DNA of 64,000 nt from Candidatus Levyibacteriota bacterium (GCA_027334565.1 DAHWUP010000001.1:158726-222725), one strand, 5' to 3'; shown: positions 19,155 through 29,274, counted from the first letter of the stretch. Made by a program: numbers and translations. Notes: generated by a model not told the origin, from the sequence alone.

Positions 19155-20444
19155 TCATCTTCTTTGAAAACCTTCATAATTTCTCATTACCAGTTGCGCT
19201 TCGATCGCTTTGATTGTTTCAAGCACCACCGATACCACGATCAAAATTCCGGTACCGCCCAAGATCAAATTCTGAACGTTGGTAAAAAATCTTGCAATAG
19301 TGGGGAAAATGGCAATAAGCCCCAAAAACAATGCGCCGGCCAAAGTGATACGCGTTAAAATATAATTCAAATAGCCTGCGGTAGGCGCGCCCGGCCTGAT
19401 TCCGGGAATAAAACCACCGTATTTCTGGATCTCTTCGGCGATCTTTTTTGGATTAAATACAACCGCGGTGTAAAAGTAGGTAAATCCTACAACCAAAACA
19501 AAATATACCACGTTATACAGAATGCCGGTCGGCGTAAACCAGGTACTGATACTTACGCCTATTCCGTGCAGTAACGGATTCTTGGCAACGACCAGGTAAT
19601 TGGCGATCAGCGAAGGCAGCAAAACCAACGAAACCGCGAAAATGATCGGTATCACTCCCGCCTGGTTCAATCGAAGCGGCAAGTGCGTGGACTGTCCTCC
19701 GTACATCTTATTACCACGAACTTGTTTCGCGTAATAAACCGTTATTTGTCTGGTCGCCTCGTTGATTATCACGATCGAAGCAATTACCGCTATTCCCATC
19801 ACCACGAATACGCCAAGATTGAAAAAATCCTGGGCGTTAACCGTAGTTACGGTTTGCGAAAACGCTACCGGCAGCCTGGCAACGATCCCGGCGAAAATAA
19901 GCAGCGAGATCCCGTTACCAATACCCCTGTCTGTGATCAACTCTCCCAACCAAACCAACAACATCGTACCGGCCGTCATGGTCACCACCAAAGAAATCAG
20001 GTTTAAGATACTCAAATTCGAAATAATGCCCTGATTTCTTAAAAGCGCATACATCCCTATGGCCTGAAGTGCCGCCAATGGAACGGTGATGATTCTGGTA
20101 TATTGATTGATTTTCTGCATTCCCGCTTCGCCTTCTTTTTGCATTTCTTCAAGTTTTGGATAAACCATGGTTAAAAGCTGAAGGATAATCGACGCGTTAA
20201 TATAGGGGTTAAGACCCAAAGCCATGACGGAAAAGTTAGCCAGAGTTCCTCCCGAAAAAACATCAAGCAGGGCAAGGAACTGATTTTGCGAAAAAAGTGC
20301 CTGGAGTTGGGCCAAGTTTACCCCCGGAACGGGGATATGAGCAAAAACTCTTGCAACCAGAAAAATCAATGCAGTGAACAAGATCTTTTTTCTGACATCA
20401 GGTGATTTTATGCTGTTTCTAAAAATAGCAAAAATTTTATCCAT
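19155..20444 (-). CDS. secY: Preprotein translocase subunit SecY
   Basis: 429 aa with 10 TM helices, a typical SecY plug/hinge region, and position after rplO. Confidence 0.95.
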   Translation of the reverse strand: MDKIFAIFRNSIKSPDVRKKILFTALIFLVARVFAHIPVPGVNLAQLQALFSQNQFLALLDVFSGGTLANFSVMALGLNPYINASIILQLLTMVYPKLEEMQKEGEAGMQKINQYTRIITVPLAALQAIGMYALLRNQGIISNLSILNLISLVVTMTAGTMLLVWLGELITDRGIGNGISLLIFAGIVARLPVAFSQTVTTVNAQDFFNLGVFVVMGIAVIASIVIINEATRQITVYYAKQVRGNKMYGGQSTHLPLRLNQAGVIPIIFAVSLVLLPSLIANYLVVAKNPLLHGIGVSISTWFTPTGILYNVVYFVLVVGFTYFYTAVVFNPKKIAEEIQKYGGFIPGIRPGAPTAGYLNYILTRITLAGALFLGLIAIFPTIARFFTNVQNLILGGTGILIVVSVVLETIKAIEAQLVMRNYEGFQRR

Positions 20445-20466
20445 TAAGTTAAAATTTAAATTTACC

Positions 20467-20910
20467 CTATTCCGATTCCAAGCGGCCGCCTGCTTTCTTT
20501 ATTTTTTCCGCTGCACCTTTGGAGGTAGGCAATTTAACCGTTAACGGTATTTTTATCGCTCCGTCCCCTAAGATTTTTACTCCGTATACTTTTGCCTCCT
20601 CGGGATCAACTATATTGTGGCTCACTAACGTTTTTAAATCAACTGTCGTGTCTTTTTTGAGCAGGTTCAAAACCTTTACGTTAATGATTACCGGTTTATT
20701 TTTGAATACCTTGTTTTTACCCTTTCCTCTTCTGAACGGCAACCTTTTTGTGAGCGGTAACGCCCCACCCTCAAAAGATAATGGCCTTGAACTTCTGGCG
20801 TTTTGGCCTTTTGTGCCTCGTCCGCCGGTTTTGACCCGACCGCTTCCATGCCCCTGGCCTAACCTTCGTTTTCCCTTCACGGTAGTTTTGGTCAAATTAT
20901 TTAGTCGCAT
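20467..20910 (-). CDS. rplO: 50S ribosomal protein L15
   Basis: [21 protein letters not shown]. Confidence 0.92.
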   Translation of the reverse strand: MRLNNLTKTTVKGKRRLGQGHGSGRVKTGGRGTKGQNARSSRPLSFEGGALPLTKRLPFRRGKGKNKVFKNKPVIINVKVLNLLKKDTTVDLKTLVSHNIVDPEEAKVYGVKILGDGAIKIPLTVKLPTSKGAAEKIKKAGGRLESE

Positions 20911-21412
20911 GTTTTAATTCCCTTCTCTTTTCTTCTCTCTGGTATCTATCCGCCAGCCTTTTCAGTGCCTCCATGGTTGCATAAACGTTGCTCGCCTGAT
21001 TGTCGGTGCCCAAAACTTTGGACGAGATGTTTTGAATTCCTGCCAAAGATACTACGCTTCTTACGGCACCTCCGGCAATGACGCCTGAACCGGCCGGTGC
21101 GGGTTTAAGCAGTACCTTTGCCGCGCCGAGTTTGATATAGAACTCAAAAGGAATGGAACCGTTCACGATCGGAATATCGATGGCATGTTTTTTAGCCAGG
21201 GATACACCCTTTTTGATCGCCGTTGAAACGTCACCGGCCTTACCAAGCCCAATCCCGACCTTACCGTTTTTATTCCCTACAACCATTAAAACCGAAAAAC
21301 CGATCTTGTTACCGCCTTTTGTTTTTTTCGAGACTCTGGAAACCTGAACGATTTTTTCTTCAAATCCGTCCTGCAATCTCTGATTGTCCAAATTATCACT
21401 TCTTCTATTCAT
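20897..21412 (-). CDS. rpsE: 30S ribosomal protein S5
   Basis: S5 dsRBD and C-terminal domain; directly abuts and overlaps rplO, leaving no room for rpmD. Confidence 0.92.
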   Translation of the reverse strand: MNRRSDNLDNQRLQDGFEEKIVQVSRVSKKTKGGNKIGFSVLMVVGNKNGKVGIGLGKAGDVSTAIKKGVSLAKKHAIDIPIVNGSIPFEFYIKLGAAKVLLKPAPAGSGVIAGGAVRSVVSLAGIQNISSKVLGTDNQASNVYATMEALKRLADRYQREEKRRELKHATK

Positions 21413-21754
21413 TTAAAACTTAAGTCCTCCTTCCCTGGCTCCTTCGGCCAATGACTTTATCCTCCCGTGGAATTTATAAGCTCCTTTGTCGAATACCACA
21501 TTCGAAATCTTTTTGCCGGCCGCCTTTTTTGCAAGCAGCGTACCGAGTGCTTTCGCTTTTTCCAACCTGCCTGCAGTTTTAACGGTCAAATCCTTCTCCG
21601 ATACGCCCAACAAGGTTTCCCGTTTGACATCGTCTATGATTTGAGCATAAATATATTTGTTGGATCTAAATACCGATAATCTCGGTCTTTGAACGTTCAG
21701 CCTAACTTTAGATCTTATTCTTTTTTGTCTTAACAATTTCGTTTTACTTTTCAT
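21413..21754 (-). CDS. rplR: 50S ribosomal protein L18
   Basis: RLSVFRSNKYIYAQIID motif. Confidence 0.9.
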   Translation of the reverse strand: MKSKTKLLRQKRIRSKVRLNVQRPRLSVFRSNKYIYAQIIDDVKRETLLGVSEKDLTVKTAGRLEKAKALGTLLAKKAAGKKISNVVFDKGAYKFHGRIKSLAEGAREGGLKF

Positions 21755-21757
21755 GTT

Positions 21758-22318
21758 TTACTTCGCTGCTCCTGCGCCGACAGCTTTAGCGGCTTTTCCG
21801 GCTTTTCGTCTGATTCGTTCTCCTACATATTTTATCCCTTTTCCTTTGTACGGCTCGGGTGGTCTGATTGCCCTGACCTTGGCGGCAGTGTCGCCGACGA
21901 CGGTCTTGTCTACTCCCGAAATCGATATGATATTTTCCTCAACTTTGAATTGAATTCCCTTATCCGCATTGATTACCACCGGATGAGAAAAACCCAGGGA
22001 AAGCGTAAGAGTATTCCCTGCGGCTTGCGCTCTGTAACCTACACCGGTCAACTCGAGTCTTTTTTCAAAACCGTCGGTAACGCCCTTAACAAGATTTGCC
22101 AGATTGGCGCGGGTCAAGCCAAATAGGGCATTGGTCAATTTATCGTTTTCCTTAACCTGGGAAACAATTACTTTTTTATCTTTGACCTCCGCCTTAATCC
22201 CGTCCGGGATATCAAGATAAAGACTTCCTTTCGGACCGCTTACGCTCACCCTGTTTCCTTGTAACGAAAAGTTTACCTGATCAATCAATTCAATTGGCTT
22301 CTTGGCAATTTTTGACAT
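21758..22318 (-). CDS. rplF: 50S ribosomal protein L6 (start taken at the internal Met, MSKIAKKPI)
   Basis: Two L6 alpha/beta repeats. The ATG at 22318 avoids overlap with rpsH. Confidence 0.9.
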   Translation of the reverse strand: MSKIAKKPIELIDQVNFSLQGNRVSVSGPKGSLYLDIPDGIKAEVKDKKVIVSQVKENDKLTNALFGLTRANLANLVKGVTDGFEKRLELTGVGYRAQAAGNTLTLSLGFSHPVVINADKGIQFKVEENIISISGVDKTVVGDTAAKVRAIRPPEPYKGKGIKYVGERIRRKAGKAAKAVGAGAAK

Positions 22319-22322
22319 AATG

Positions 22323-22715
22323 TTACCATATGGCGAAGAGCACTTCTCCACCTAATCCTTTCTTCTGCGCTTCAAATGCCGTCATTACGCCCTGACTGGT
22401 TGAAATGATTATTTTTCTCTTTCCCCTTTTGGCGATCTCGGATAATTTTTTGCTCGAAGAATAGACCCTTAAGGACGGTTTTGAAATGATCGTCACGTCG
22501 GTTAAAACCGGAATCCTGTTATCATATTTGATGATCGCTTTTAATCCTTTCTTACCGTCTTTGGTTTCTTCTTTGACCTCTTCCAAGAATCCTTCCCTGA
22601 CCAGCACTTTTGCGATTTCTTTATTAACACCGGAAAAGGGTAAAGATACTTCCCTTCTTTTTGAAAACGCACTGTTTTTTATTCTTATTACAAAATCGGA
22701 AACCAGATGATTCAT
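22323..22715 (-). CDS. rpsH: 30S ribosomal protein S8
   Basis: DFVIRIKNS... and the S8 fold; 130 aa. Confidence 0.92.
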   Translation of the reverse strand: MNHLVSDFVIRIKNSAFSKRREVSLPFSGVNKEIAKVLVREGFLEEVKEETKDGKKGLKAIIKYDNRIPVLTDVTIISKPSLRVYSSSKKLSEIAKRGKRKIIISTSQGVMTAFEAQKKGLGGEVLFAIW

Positions 22716-22723
22716 ATAGACAT

Positions 22724-22909
22724 TTACCAGGTTGACTTAACTACGCCTGGCAATTCTCCTTTCTGAGCCAATTCCCTAAAACAAATCCTGCAAATACCGA
22801 ATCTTCGCATGTAAGCTCTTGATCTTCCGCAAAGACTGCAAATATTTTTGTTTCTGGTCGAAAACTTTTGTTTCTTTTTAAATTTAACTACATTCGATGT
22901 TTTTGCCAT
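22724..22909 (-). CDS. rpsN: 30S ribosomal protein S14, type Z (zinc-binding)
   Basis: 61 aa with a C-x2-C...C-x2-C motif (CSLCGR...CRICFR). Confidence 0.92.
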   Translation of the reverse strand: MAKTSNVVKFKKKQKFSTRNKNICSLCGRSRAYMRRFGICRICFRELAQKGELPGVVKSTW

Positions 22910-22912
22910 ATT

Positions 22913-23455
22913 TTACTTTCTAAAGGGCATTCCAAGCGCCTTTAACAGTGCATATCCTTCCTTGTCGTTATTTGCCGTTGTCACTATTGATACCTCAAAA
23001 CCCTGTATCTTGTCAATTTTGCTCGGATCGATTTCCGGAAAAACCGTACTTTCGGAAAATCCGAGCGTATAATTACCGTGTCCGTCGAAGCTGTTGTTGT
23101 TAACTCCGTGAAAATCTCTAAATCTTGGAAAAACGATATCAATTAGCTTCTGGAAAAAATCATACATCCTCTTCCCCCTTAGTGTCACCATCAGAGCGAT
23201 CTCTTCTCCTGCCCGTAGTTTAAAGGAGGAAATCGACTTCTTGGCTTTAACCACTTTCGGTTTTTGACCGGAAATTAGAGCCAAAACCTCGGCGCCTTTG
23301 TCCATATTCTTTTTATCCGAAGTGGCATCCTTTACTCCCATATTAATGGTTATTTTAGACAGTCTGGGAACGGCATGAACATTTTTGATCCCTAGCTCTT
23401 GCTTTATTGTTTTTAAAATTTCTTTGTTGTATTGATCCTGTAAAGAATTCGTCAT
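22913..23455 (-). CDS. rplE: 50S ribosomal protein L5
   Basis: L5 fold and canonical position. Confidence 0.92.
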   Translation of the reverse strand: MTNSLQDQYNKEILKTIKQELGIKNVHAVPRLSKITINMGVKDATSDKKNMDKGAEVLALISGQKPKVVKAKKSISSFKLRAGEEIALMVTLRGKRMYDFFQKLIDIVFPRFRDFHGVNNNSFDGHGNYTLGFSESTVFPEIDPSKIDKIQGFEVSIVTTANNDKEGYALLKALGMPFRK

Positions 23456-23456
23456 T

Positions 23457-23762
23457 TTAAATTTCCTTTCCGCATTTTCTGCAAATCCTAACCTTTGAAC
23501 CTTTTAGCAATTTATATCCGACCCTGGTCGGTTTATGGCATTTAGGACAAATCAGTTGAACATTTTCCTCCGGCAGCGGTTTGGTTAAAGTAACTATTTC
23601 CGAAGGCTCGGTCTCGCTTCTTGCTTTTAAATGCCTTTTATATAAATTGACGTTAGCGATTACTATCTTATCCTCCTTGGGAAAAACCTTATCTATTTTG
23701 CCGGTTTTCCCTTTATCTTTTCCTTTGACTACTTTAACTTCGTCGCCCTTTTTTATTTTCAT
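23457..23762 (-). CDS. rplX: 50S ribosomal protein L24, with a C-terminal C4 zinc-ribbon
   Basis: KOW motif KKGDEVKVVKGKDKGKTGKI followed by CPKC...CRKC. Confidence 0.88.
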   Translation of the reverse strand: MKIKKGDEVKVVKGKDKGKTGKIDKVFPKEDKIVIANVNLYKRHLKARSETEPSEIVTLTKPLPEENVQLICPKCHKPTRVGYKLLKGSKVRICRKCGKEI

Positions 23763-23765
23763 AAG

Positions 23766-24140
23766 CTATACCACCTCAATAGCCATACTGGCAATCTTTG
23801 CAAATCCCTTATCCTTGACCTCTCTTGCGATCGGTCCAAAGATCCTTGTCCCCCTGGGATTTTTGTCTTTAGGATTATCTATCACTACACCGGCATTATC
23901 CGAAAACCTGATGTACGACCCGTCGGACCTTTTGTGCTCTTTTGCCGTCCTGACCAGAACTACCTTCACTATTTCCCCTTCCTTAACCTGTCCTGTCGGT
24001 ATCGCTTCTTTAACTACACAGTTTAGAACATCGCCGATGTAACCAAACTTCCTTTTACTTCCGCCGAAAATATGAATAACCTGCAGGACTCTGGCGCCCG
24101 AGTTATCGGCAACTTTCAACATGGTCCTATGTTGTATCAT
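23766..24140 (-). CDS. rplN: 50S ribosomal protein L14
   Basis: [17 protein letters not shown] start. Confidence 0.95.
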   Translation of the reverse strand: MIQHRTMLKVADNSGARVLQVIHIFGGSKRKFGYIGDVLNCVVKEAIPTGQVKEGEIVKVVLVRTAKEHKRSDGSYIRFSDNAGVVIDNPKDKNPRGTRIFGPIAREVKDKGFAKIASMAIEVV

Positions 24141-24373
24141 TATTTAATTACCTCCGTTACTTTAAAAGATTTATCCTTTGACATCGGCTTTGTTTCCGCA
24201 ATCTTAACCGTCTGGCCCAAAGTTAATGCCAAATCGCCCGTATCCGCCTTGAATCTTTTACTTTTTCTGATCAATTTTTTATATAAAGGATGCGGCGATC
24301 TTCGGACGACTTCGACCACGGCGGTCCCTTTCATCTTTAACGAAACTATTTTGCCGTTAAATGTTTTTAACAC
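24140..24373 (-). CDS. rpsQ: 30S ribosomal protein S17
   Basis: OB-fold sequence [16 protein letters not shown]. Confidence 0.9.
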   Translation of the reverse strand: MLKTFNGKIVSLKMKGTAVVEVVRRSPHPLYKKLIRKSKRFKADTGDLALTLGQTVKIAETKPMSKDKSFKVTEVIK

Positions 24374-24591
24374 TATTTCTGCTCTCCTTTCGCTGTCAGT
24401 TCAACTTCTTTCAATGCGGTCAAGACCATCGCGATTTCTTTTTTCTTCCAGAAGATCTGTCTGGTATTTTTTAATTTTCTCTGTGTCTGCTCCACATTTA
24501 ATTTAAAAAGTTCATCGCGCGCGCCCGATAGCATCTTCTCAAGTTCTTTTTGAGATTTTGCGAATATTTCTTTTTTATCTTTAAGCTTCAT
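24373..24591 (-). CDS. rpmC: 50S ribosomal protein L29
   Basis: A 72-aa helical protein in the canonical position between rplP and rpsQ. Confidence 0.85.
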   Translation of the reverse strand: MKLKDKKEIFAKSQKELEKMLSGARDELFKLNVEQTQRKLKNTRQIFWKKKEIAMVLTALKEVELTAKGEQK

Positions 24592-24595
24592 TTAT

Positions 24596-25006
24596 TTATT
24601 CCTCCCTGTCCACAATTCTTGATTTCACATTAAGTTTATGGGATGCAAGAGTAAGGGCCGCATGAGCCGTCTCTTTTGTTACCCCGCCCATCTCGAACAG
24701 AATTCTTCCCGGTGCAACCGGTGCGACGAATTCATATACGTCTCCTTTACCCGACCCCATCCTGACTTCCGGCGGTTTCTTGGTAATCGGTTTGTCCGGA
24801 AAAATTCTTATCCAGACTCTTCCCCCTCTTTGAGTGTAATGAGTGATCGCCTTGCGTGCCGCTTCGATTTGTCTTGAAGTAACCCAAGCGGTACCCTCGG
24901 CCATTAAGCCGAATTCACCAAAAGATACCGTAGTACCCTTGTAGGCATTGCCTTTCATGGTTCCCCGCATCTGTTTTCTATATTTTGCTCTCTTTGGTAC
25001 CAACAT
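24596..25006 (-). CDS. rplP: 50S ribosomal protein L16
   Basis: [12 protein letters not shown] start. Confidence 0.95.
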   Translation of the reverse strand: MLVPKRAKYRKQMRGTMKGNAYKGTTVSFGEFGLMAEGTAWVTSRQIEAARKAITHYTQRGGRVWIRIFPDKPITKKPPEVRMGSGKGDVYEFVAPVAPGRILFEMGGVTKETAHAALTLASHKLNVKSRIVDREE

Positions 25007-25007
25007 A

Positions 25008-25655
25008 TTATTTTTCCTCCGGTTTATGGATCCAGACTTTAACTCCGATATATCCTTTTTTGGTCAAAGCCGGGTAACTGGCGTAACTGATATCTTCTCG
25101 GATGGTCGACAACGGCACCGTCCCGACCTGTAATTTTTCTCTTCTGGCGATCTCTGCCCCGCCGATTCTTCCGGCCAGGACAATTCTCAATCCTTTTGCA
25201 CCCGCGCCCATAACTTTTTCCTGGGTAGATACAAGAATTCTTTTTGCCGGCAACCTTCTCACCAATTGCTCCGAAATGTTTTTGGCAACAAGGTAAGCAT
25301 CCAAATTCGGATCTTTGATCGGTTCAACCTTAATATCTATTTTATATTGCGCTTTGGATTTCAATTTCTTTATGAATTCCCTTTGTAAATAATTTTTAAG
25401 ATCCTCCAAACCCGTTCCGCCCCTTCCTATCACCATTCCGGGTTTTGAAACGTAAGCGGTGATCTTAAGATTGTTAATCGACCTTTCGATTTCCACTTCG
25501 GAGATTCCGGCCGCCTTAAGCCTTTCCATCAACGCTTTTCTTATTTTAAAGTCTTCCAAAAGCAGGTCTTTATAATTCTTGTCTGCGAACCACCTGCTGC
25601 TCCAGGTGCTGAGAGCACCCAATCTTAAAATTCTTGGATTAATTTTTTGTCCCAT
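25008..25655 (-). CDS. rpsC: 30S ribosomal protein S3
   Basis: MGQKINP start and a KH domain. Confidence 0.95.
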   Translation of the reverse strand: MGQKINPRILRLGALSTWSSRWFADKNYKDLLLEDFKIRKALMERLKAAGISEVEIERSINNLKITAYVSKPGMVIGRGGTGLEDLKNYLQREFIKKLKSKAQYKIDIKVEPIKDPNLDAYLVAKNISEQLVRRLPAKRILVSTQEKVMGAGAKGLRIVLAGRIGGAEIARREKLQVGTVPLSTIREDISYASYPALTKKGYIGVKVWIHKPEEK

Positions 25656-25657
25656 GC

Positions 25658-26038
25658 TTATTTTTCCTTCCTTTCTTTCTTATTTACAACCTTTGGTTTT
25701 TTTAAGCCTGTTTCATCCGTTAAAACTATTTTTATATTGCTCCCTCTCCTTTTGTAAGGATGAATCCTGCCCCGGGTTGAAGGGTGATATCTTTTATAAG
25801 CCGGCGCTTCTAAAACATCTATGGATTTAATGCTTAATGTTTCTCTTTTTAAATTGTTATTATTTGTGGCATTTGCCACTGCACTTTTCAAAGTTTTTTG
25901 AAGTGATACGGCACCCCTGTTTTTAATTACCGACAAATTCACTAATGCCTCATCCAAAGAAAGCATTTTGACCGCATCCGCGACCAGTCTAACCTTTCTC
26001 GGCGCAACTCTAACCGATGATCTTGCAACAACTTCCAT
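25658..26038 (-). CDS. rplV: 50S ribosomal protein L22
   Basis: L22 fold with a beta-hairpin. Confidence 0.9.
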   Translation of the reverse strand: MEVVARSSVRVAPRKVRLVADAVKMLSLDEALVNLSVIKNRGAVSLQKTLKSAVANATNNNNLKRETLSIKSIDVLEAPAYKRYHPSTRGRIHPYKRRGSNIKIVLTDETGLKKPKVVNKKERKEK

Positions 26039-26041
26039 ATT

Positions 26042-26326
26042 TTATGTCTTAGAAATTTCTCTCGCTACGACTCTTCCGTGACTTCTGAAAGTCCTGGTAG
26101 GAGCAAATTCTCCCAATCTGTGTCCCACCATCGCCTCCAAAATAAATACGTTAATAAAGTTTTTCCCGTTATAGACCGCAAAGGTATGTCCGACAAATTC
26201 CGGCGGGATCTGACAACTTCTAATCCAGGTTTTAATCGGAGTTTTGTCGCCCGACGCTTTTTGTGCCATCACCTTTTTCAGTACTCTTTGATCTACGTAT
26301 GGTCCTTTTTTTGCGCTTCTTGCCAT
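26042..26326 (-). CDS. rpsS: 30S ribosomal protein S19
   Basis: [12 protein letters not shown] start. Confidence 0.95.
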   Translation of the reverse strand: MARSAKKGPYVDQRVLKKVMAQKASGDKTPIKTWIRSCQIPPEFVGHTFAVYNGKNFINVFILEAMVGHRLGEFAPTRTFRSHGRVVAREISKT

Positions 26327-26330
26327 ATTT

Positions 26331-27083
26331 TTAACCGTGCTTTCCGCCTTTCCTCCTTTGTAAAATCATTTTATTCGAATATTTCTTCGGCCTTCGGGTT
26401 TTTCCGACCGCTTTTCTACCGGCAAAAGTTTTTGGCAGGGTCATTCCTATACCGGATCTTCCCTCTCCTCCTCCGTGAGGATGACTTCTTGGATTCATCG
26501 CGACTCCCCTTACCGAGGGTCTTATTCCCATATGCCTTTTTGTTCCGGCTTTCTTAAATGTCCTATTCTTTAGGTCAACGTTACCAAGGGTACCGACCGT
26601 AGCGAAACTTTTTGACCTGATTTTCCTGACCTCGCCCGACGGAAGCCGTAAATGAACGTAATCCCCTTCCTTTGCGGCAACTACCGCCCCTGTTCCGGCT
26701 CCCCTCGCAATTTGTCCTCCCCTCCCCGGAATTAATTCGACATTATGAACAAATGTTCCTATGGGCATTGCCATCAGGGGAAGAGCGTTCCCGACCTTGA
26801 TGTCCGCTCCCTGGCCTGCCGTGATCGAATCGTTCAGCTTTAATCCCTGAGGAGCCAGGATATATCTTTTTTCGCCGTCGATGTATTTTACCAAAGCAAT
26901 ATCGCAGGTTCTATTGGGATCATATTCCAGAGCCACAATTTTTCCTTCGATATTTCTTTTATCCCTTTTGAAATCTATAATTCTTAGGAATCTCTTTTGT
27001 TCTCCTCCGTGATGTCTGACCGACACTTTTCCGGACGCATCCCTTCCCGAATTTTTTCTTCTGATAAACTTTAAATTGCTCAT
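26331..27083 (-). CDS. rplB: 50S ribosomal protein L2 (start taken at [10 protein letters not shown]; upstream in-frame Mets would overlap rplW)
   Basis: The L2 C-terminal domain has [10 protein letters not shown] and HPHGGG motifs. Confidence 0.92.
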   Translation of the reverse strand: MSNLKFIRRKNSGRDASGKVSVRHHGGEQKRFLRIIDFKRDKRNIEGKIVALEYDPNRTCDIALVKYIDGEKRYILAPQGLKLNDSITAGQGADIKVGNALPLMAMPIGTFVHNVELIPGRGGQIARGAGTGAVVAAKEGDYVHLRLPSGEVRKIRSKSFATVGTLGNVDLKNRTFKKAGTKRHMGIRPSVRGVAMNPRSHPHGGGEGRSGIGMTLPKTFAGRKAVGKTRRPKKYSNKMILQRRKGGKHG

Positions 27084-27084
27084 A

Positions 27085-27375
27085 TTATTCCTTTCCCCCG
27101 ACATCAAAGATAGAAATCTTTTCACCTTCTTTAAGCGTTACGATCGCTTTTTTAAATGAAGCTAATTTAACTTCTATTCTTTTTGTTCCCGCTTTCAAAG
27201 ATCTTCCTTTGGTAAAAGAAGTGGCTATCCTTAGAACATGCACTTTAAATTTGTCCTCGATTTCTTTCTTGATCTCACGTTTGTTTGACGATTTTTCCAC
27301 CTTAAAAGTGTATCTTCCTTTGGAAGCCTCGTCCATAGATTTTTCACTGATCACCGGTCCGATAAGTTTATTCAT
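27085..27375 (-). CDS. rplW: 50S ribosomal protein L23
   Basis: 96-aa L23 fold in the canonical position. Confidence 0.9.
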   Translation of the reverse strand: MNKLIGPVISEKSMDEASKGRYTFKVEKSSNKREIKKEIEDKFKVHVLRIATSFTKGRSLKAGTKRIEVKLASFKKAIVTLKEGEKISIFDVGGKE

Positions 27376-27378
27376 ATT

Positions 27379-28146
27379 CTAGTCCTTTAAATAAGTCGCT
27401 TTTAACATTTCTAATGAATCTTTCATGAATATAATGTTTTTATTCTTCAAAACCTCATAAGTGTTTAATAAATTTGAAGCACGAATGCTGACACCGCTGA
27501 TGTTTCTGGCCGATTTAACGACGTTTTCAAAATCTTTAGTGGCTTTGGGTGTGACCAGCAACAATTGCGGGTTTTTCCCTTCAAGCGCCAAGCCATTTAG
27601 GGCCTGCGACATGATTTTTGTCTTCGGCTCGAGCTTTTCGTATCCTTTTACAATTTTGATTTCTCCCGCTTTAAGCTTAGCGGTCAAAGCGCTGAAAAGA
27701 GCCGCTTTTCGCATTTTCTGATTCAGTTTAAGGGAATAGTCCCTCGGTTTAGGTCCGAATGCGATACCGCCGCCGACAAAAATCGGAGCCGATTTCGCAC
27801 CGTGTCTGGCCCGTCCGGTTCCTTTTTGTCTGTAAATTTTTCGCGTCGAAATTTTCACTTCTCCTCTTGATTTGGTTTTTACCGTACCCCTTCTCTGGTT
27901 TGATAAATATATTCTTACCGCTTGCGACATCAAAGGGTTGTTAACCTTTGCGTCAAAAATTTCCTTCGGCAGGGTCACCGTTTCGGTCGAATGTCCTCTT
28001 ATGTCGTATACTTTTTGACGAAGTCCGGTTTCTACCAAGGGCGTTTTTGTTACGGAACTTGCCACGGATCTCGCGGGCGTTGATGCCGCCTTTTTAGCGG
28101 ACGGTTTTACTGTTTTACCAACCGGTGATTTTTTAGTTACTGGCAT
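27379..28146 (-). CDS. rplD: 50S ribosomal protein L4 with an N-terminal lysine/alanine-rich extension of about 40 aa
   Basis: L4 core (GTGRARHG...) preceded by an extension rich in K, A, S and T. Confidence 0.9.
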   Translation of the reverse strand: MPVTKKSPVGKTVKPSAKKAASTPARSVASSVTKTPLVETGLRQKVYDIRGHSTETVTLPKEIFDAKVNNPLMSQAVRIYLSNQRRGTVKTKSRGEVKISTRKIYRQKGTGRARHGAKSAPIFVGGGIAFGPKPRDYSLKLNQKMRKAALFSALTAKLKAGEIKIVKGYEKLEPKTKIMSQALNGLALEGKNPQLLLVTPKATKDFENVVKSARNISGVSIRASNLLNTYEVLKNKNIIFMKDSLEMLKATYLKD

Positions 28147-29114
28147 TATTCAACAACCTCCTTATTTACCGTTGTTGCTTCCGAACCATCTGGTTTCGTC
28201 GAAGCTGCCGGTTCGCCTTGCGCTACGTCCTTATTTTCCGCCTGGATATCGGATTGAACAGGTTCCGCATTTTTGGTTTCGGTATCTGATTCCTGATCCG
28301 GCTGGGCAGTTAAAGTCTGAACCGATTCCGGCTCTTTAACCGTTTCTGTTTCATCGTTTACAACCGTTTCATCGGCCGGAATGTCTTTTTGCTCCGGTTC
28401 CGCTTCGGGCTCGCTATATAAAGGTACAAATTTTTTATTTTCTCCTACTTTTTTAACCAGCAGAAGCGAGTTGATTCTACCCGGCACCAAACCCCTAATT
28501 AGCAATACTCCGTCGTTGGTGATATCGATGACCTCCAAATTTTTAACGGTGACCCTATCACTTCCCATTCTTCCTGCCATTTTCTTGCCTCTATACACTC
28601 TTCCAGGTGTAGTGGTTTGACCGATAGAACCGGGAGCTCTTTCGCGATCGGATTGTCCGTGGGTTCTGGGACCGCCCTTAAAATGATATCTTTTCACCCC
28701 ACCGGCCCAACCCTTTCCTTTGGAAACACCGGTAACGTCGATTATGTCACCCGCTGTAAAAATTTCACCAACGGCCACTTCCGTACCCAAAACGGCGCCG
28801 GCAATATCTTCAACCCTGACTTCCTTAAAGTATTTGGGTGAGGGAATGGTCGTTCTTGTTACTGCGGGGTCTGTTTCGGAAGTTTGTTTCGGGGAATTAA
28901 GTGCCTTTTGGACGTGACCGAAAATCGCTTTATTCGTCCTTTTCTTGGCATCCATCCCAAGTTGAATCGAATTGTATCCTTCTTTATCCTGAGTTTTTAT
29001 TTGAGTGATAACATTTCCGGCAACCGTCACCCCGGTCAACGGAACCCTCGTTCCGTCTTGCAGGAATCCCTGTTTTTGATAAGTTTTTTTACCGATAAGT
29101 GCGTTTAATTGCAT
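28146..29114 (-). CDS. rplC: 50S ribosomal protein L3 with an acidic C-terminal extension of about 100 aa (start at MQLNALIGKK)
   Basis: L3 core (GKGWAGGVKR...G.IG). Then the C-terminal region is rich in Glu, Thr, Asp and Gln (EPEAEPEQKDIPADETVVNDETETVKEPE...). RBS GGAAGGA lies before the ATG at 29114. Confidence 0.88.
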   Translation of the reverse strand: MQLNALIGKKTYQKQGFLQDGTRVPLTGVTVAGNVITQIKTQDKEGYNSIQLGMDAKKRTNKAIFGHVQKALNSPKQTSETDPAVTRTTIPSPKYFKEVRVEDIAGAVLGTEVAVGEIFTAGDIIDVTGVSKGKGWAGGVKRYHFKGGPRTHGQSDRERAPGSIGQTTTPGRVYRGKKMAGRMGSDRVTVKNLEVIDITNDGVLLIRGLVPGRINSLLLVKKVGENKKFVPLYSEPEAEPEQKDIPADETVVNDETETVKEPESVQTLTAQPDQESDTETKNAEPVQSDIQAENKDVAQGEPAASTKPDGSEATTVNKEVVE

Positions 29115-29123
29115 GTTTTCCTT

Positions 29124-29160
29124 CCAGACAAACAAAAAGCGACCACACAGAGTCGCTCTT
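29124..29160 (-). terminator. Terminator/attenuator-like hairpin with a U-tract in the rplC leader (minus-strand transcript)
   Basis: On the minus strand the sequence reads AGCGAC-UCUGUGUG-GUCGCU followed by UUUUUGUUUGU. This lies about 10-45 nt upstream of the rplC ATG and downstream of a 7-codon uORF (ATG GAG GTG ATC GAA GCT ACA TAG). Confidence 0.4.
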
Positions 29161-29233
29161 ATCACAAAATTTGTAAAAAGCCTCCTATGTAGCTTCGATC
29201 ACCTCCATTTGCCTGATCATTTTGTTAAAAGTT

Positions 29234-29262
29234 ATTATATAGAAATTCGTGCCTAAATGCAA
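29234..29262 (-). promoter_or_regulatory. Sigma-70-like promoter (TTGCAT-N17-TATAAT) reading toward rplC
   Basis: On the minus strand, TTGCAT spans 29262-29257, the spacer is 17 nt, and TATAAT spans 29239-29234. It lies just past the stop of the inserted ORF and about 115 nt upstream of rplC. Confidence 0.45.
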
Positions 29263-29274
29263 GGGGATGCGGTT

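Noticed and set aside
29115-29165. Upstream in-frame start for rplC (MIRATLCGRFLFVWKEN...)
   Set aside because: The N-terminal 17 residues are unlike L3 and would encode through the leader hairpin. The Met at 29114 is preceded by GGAAGGA and matches the L3 N-terminus.
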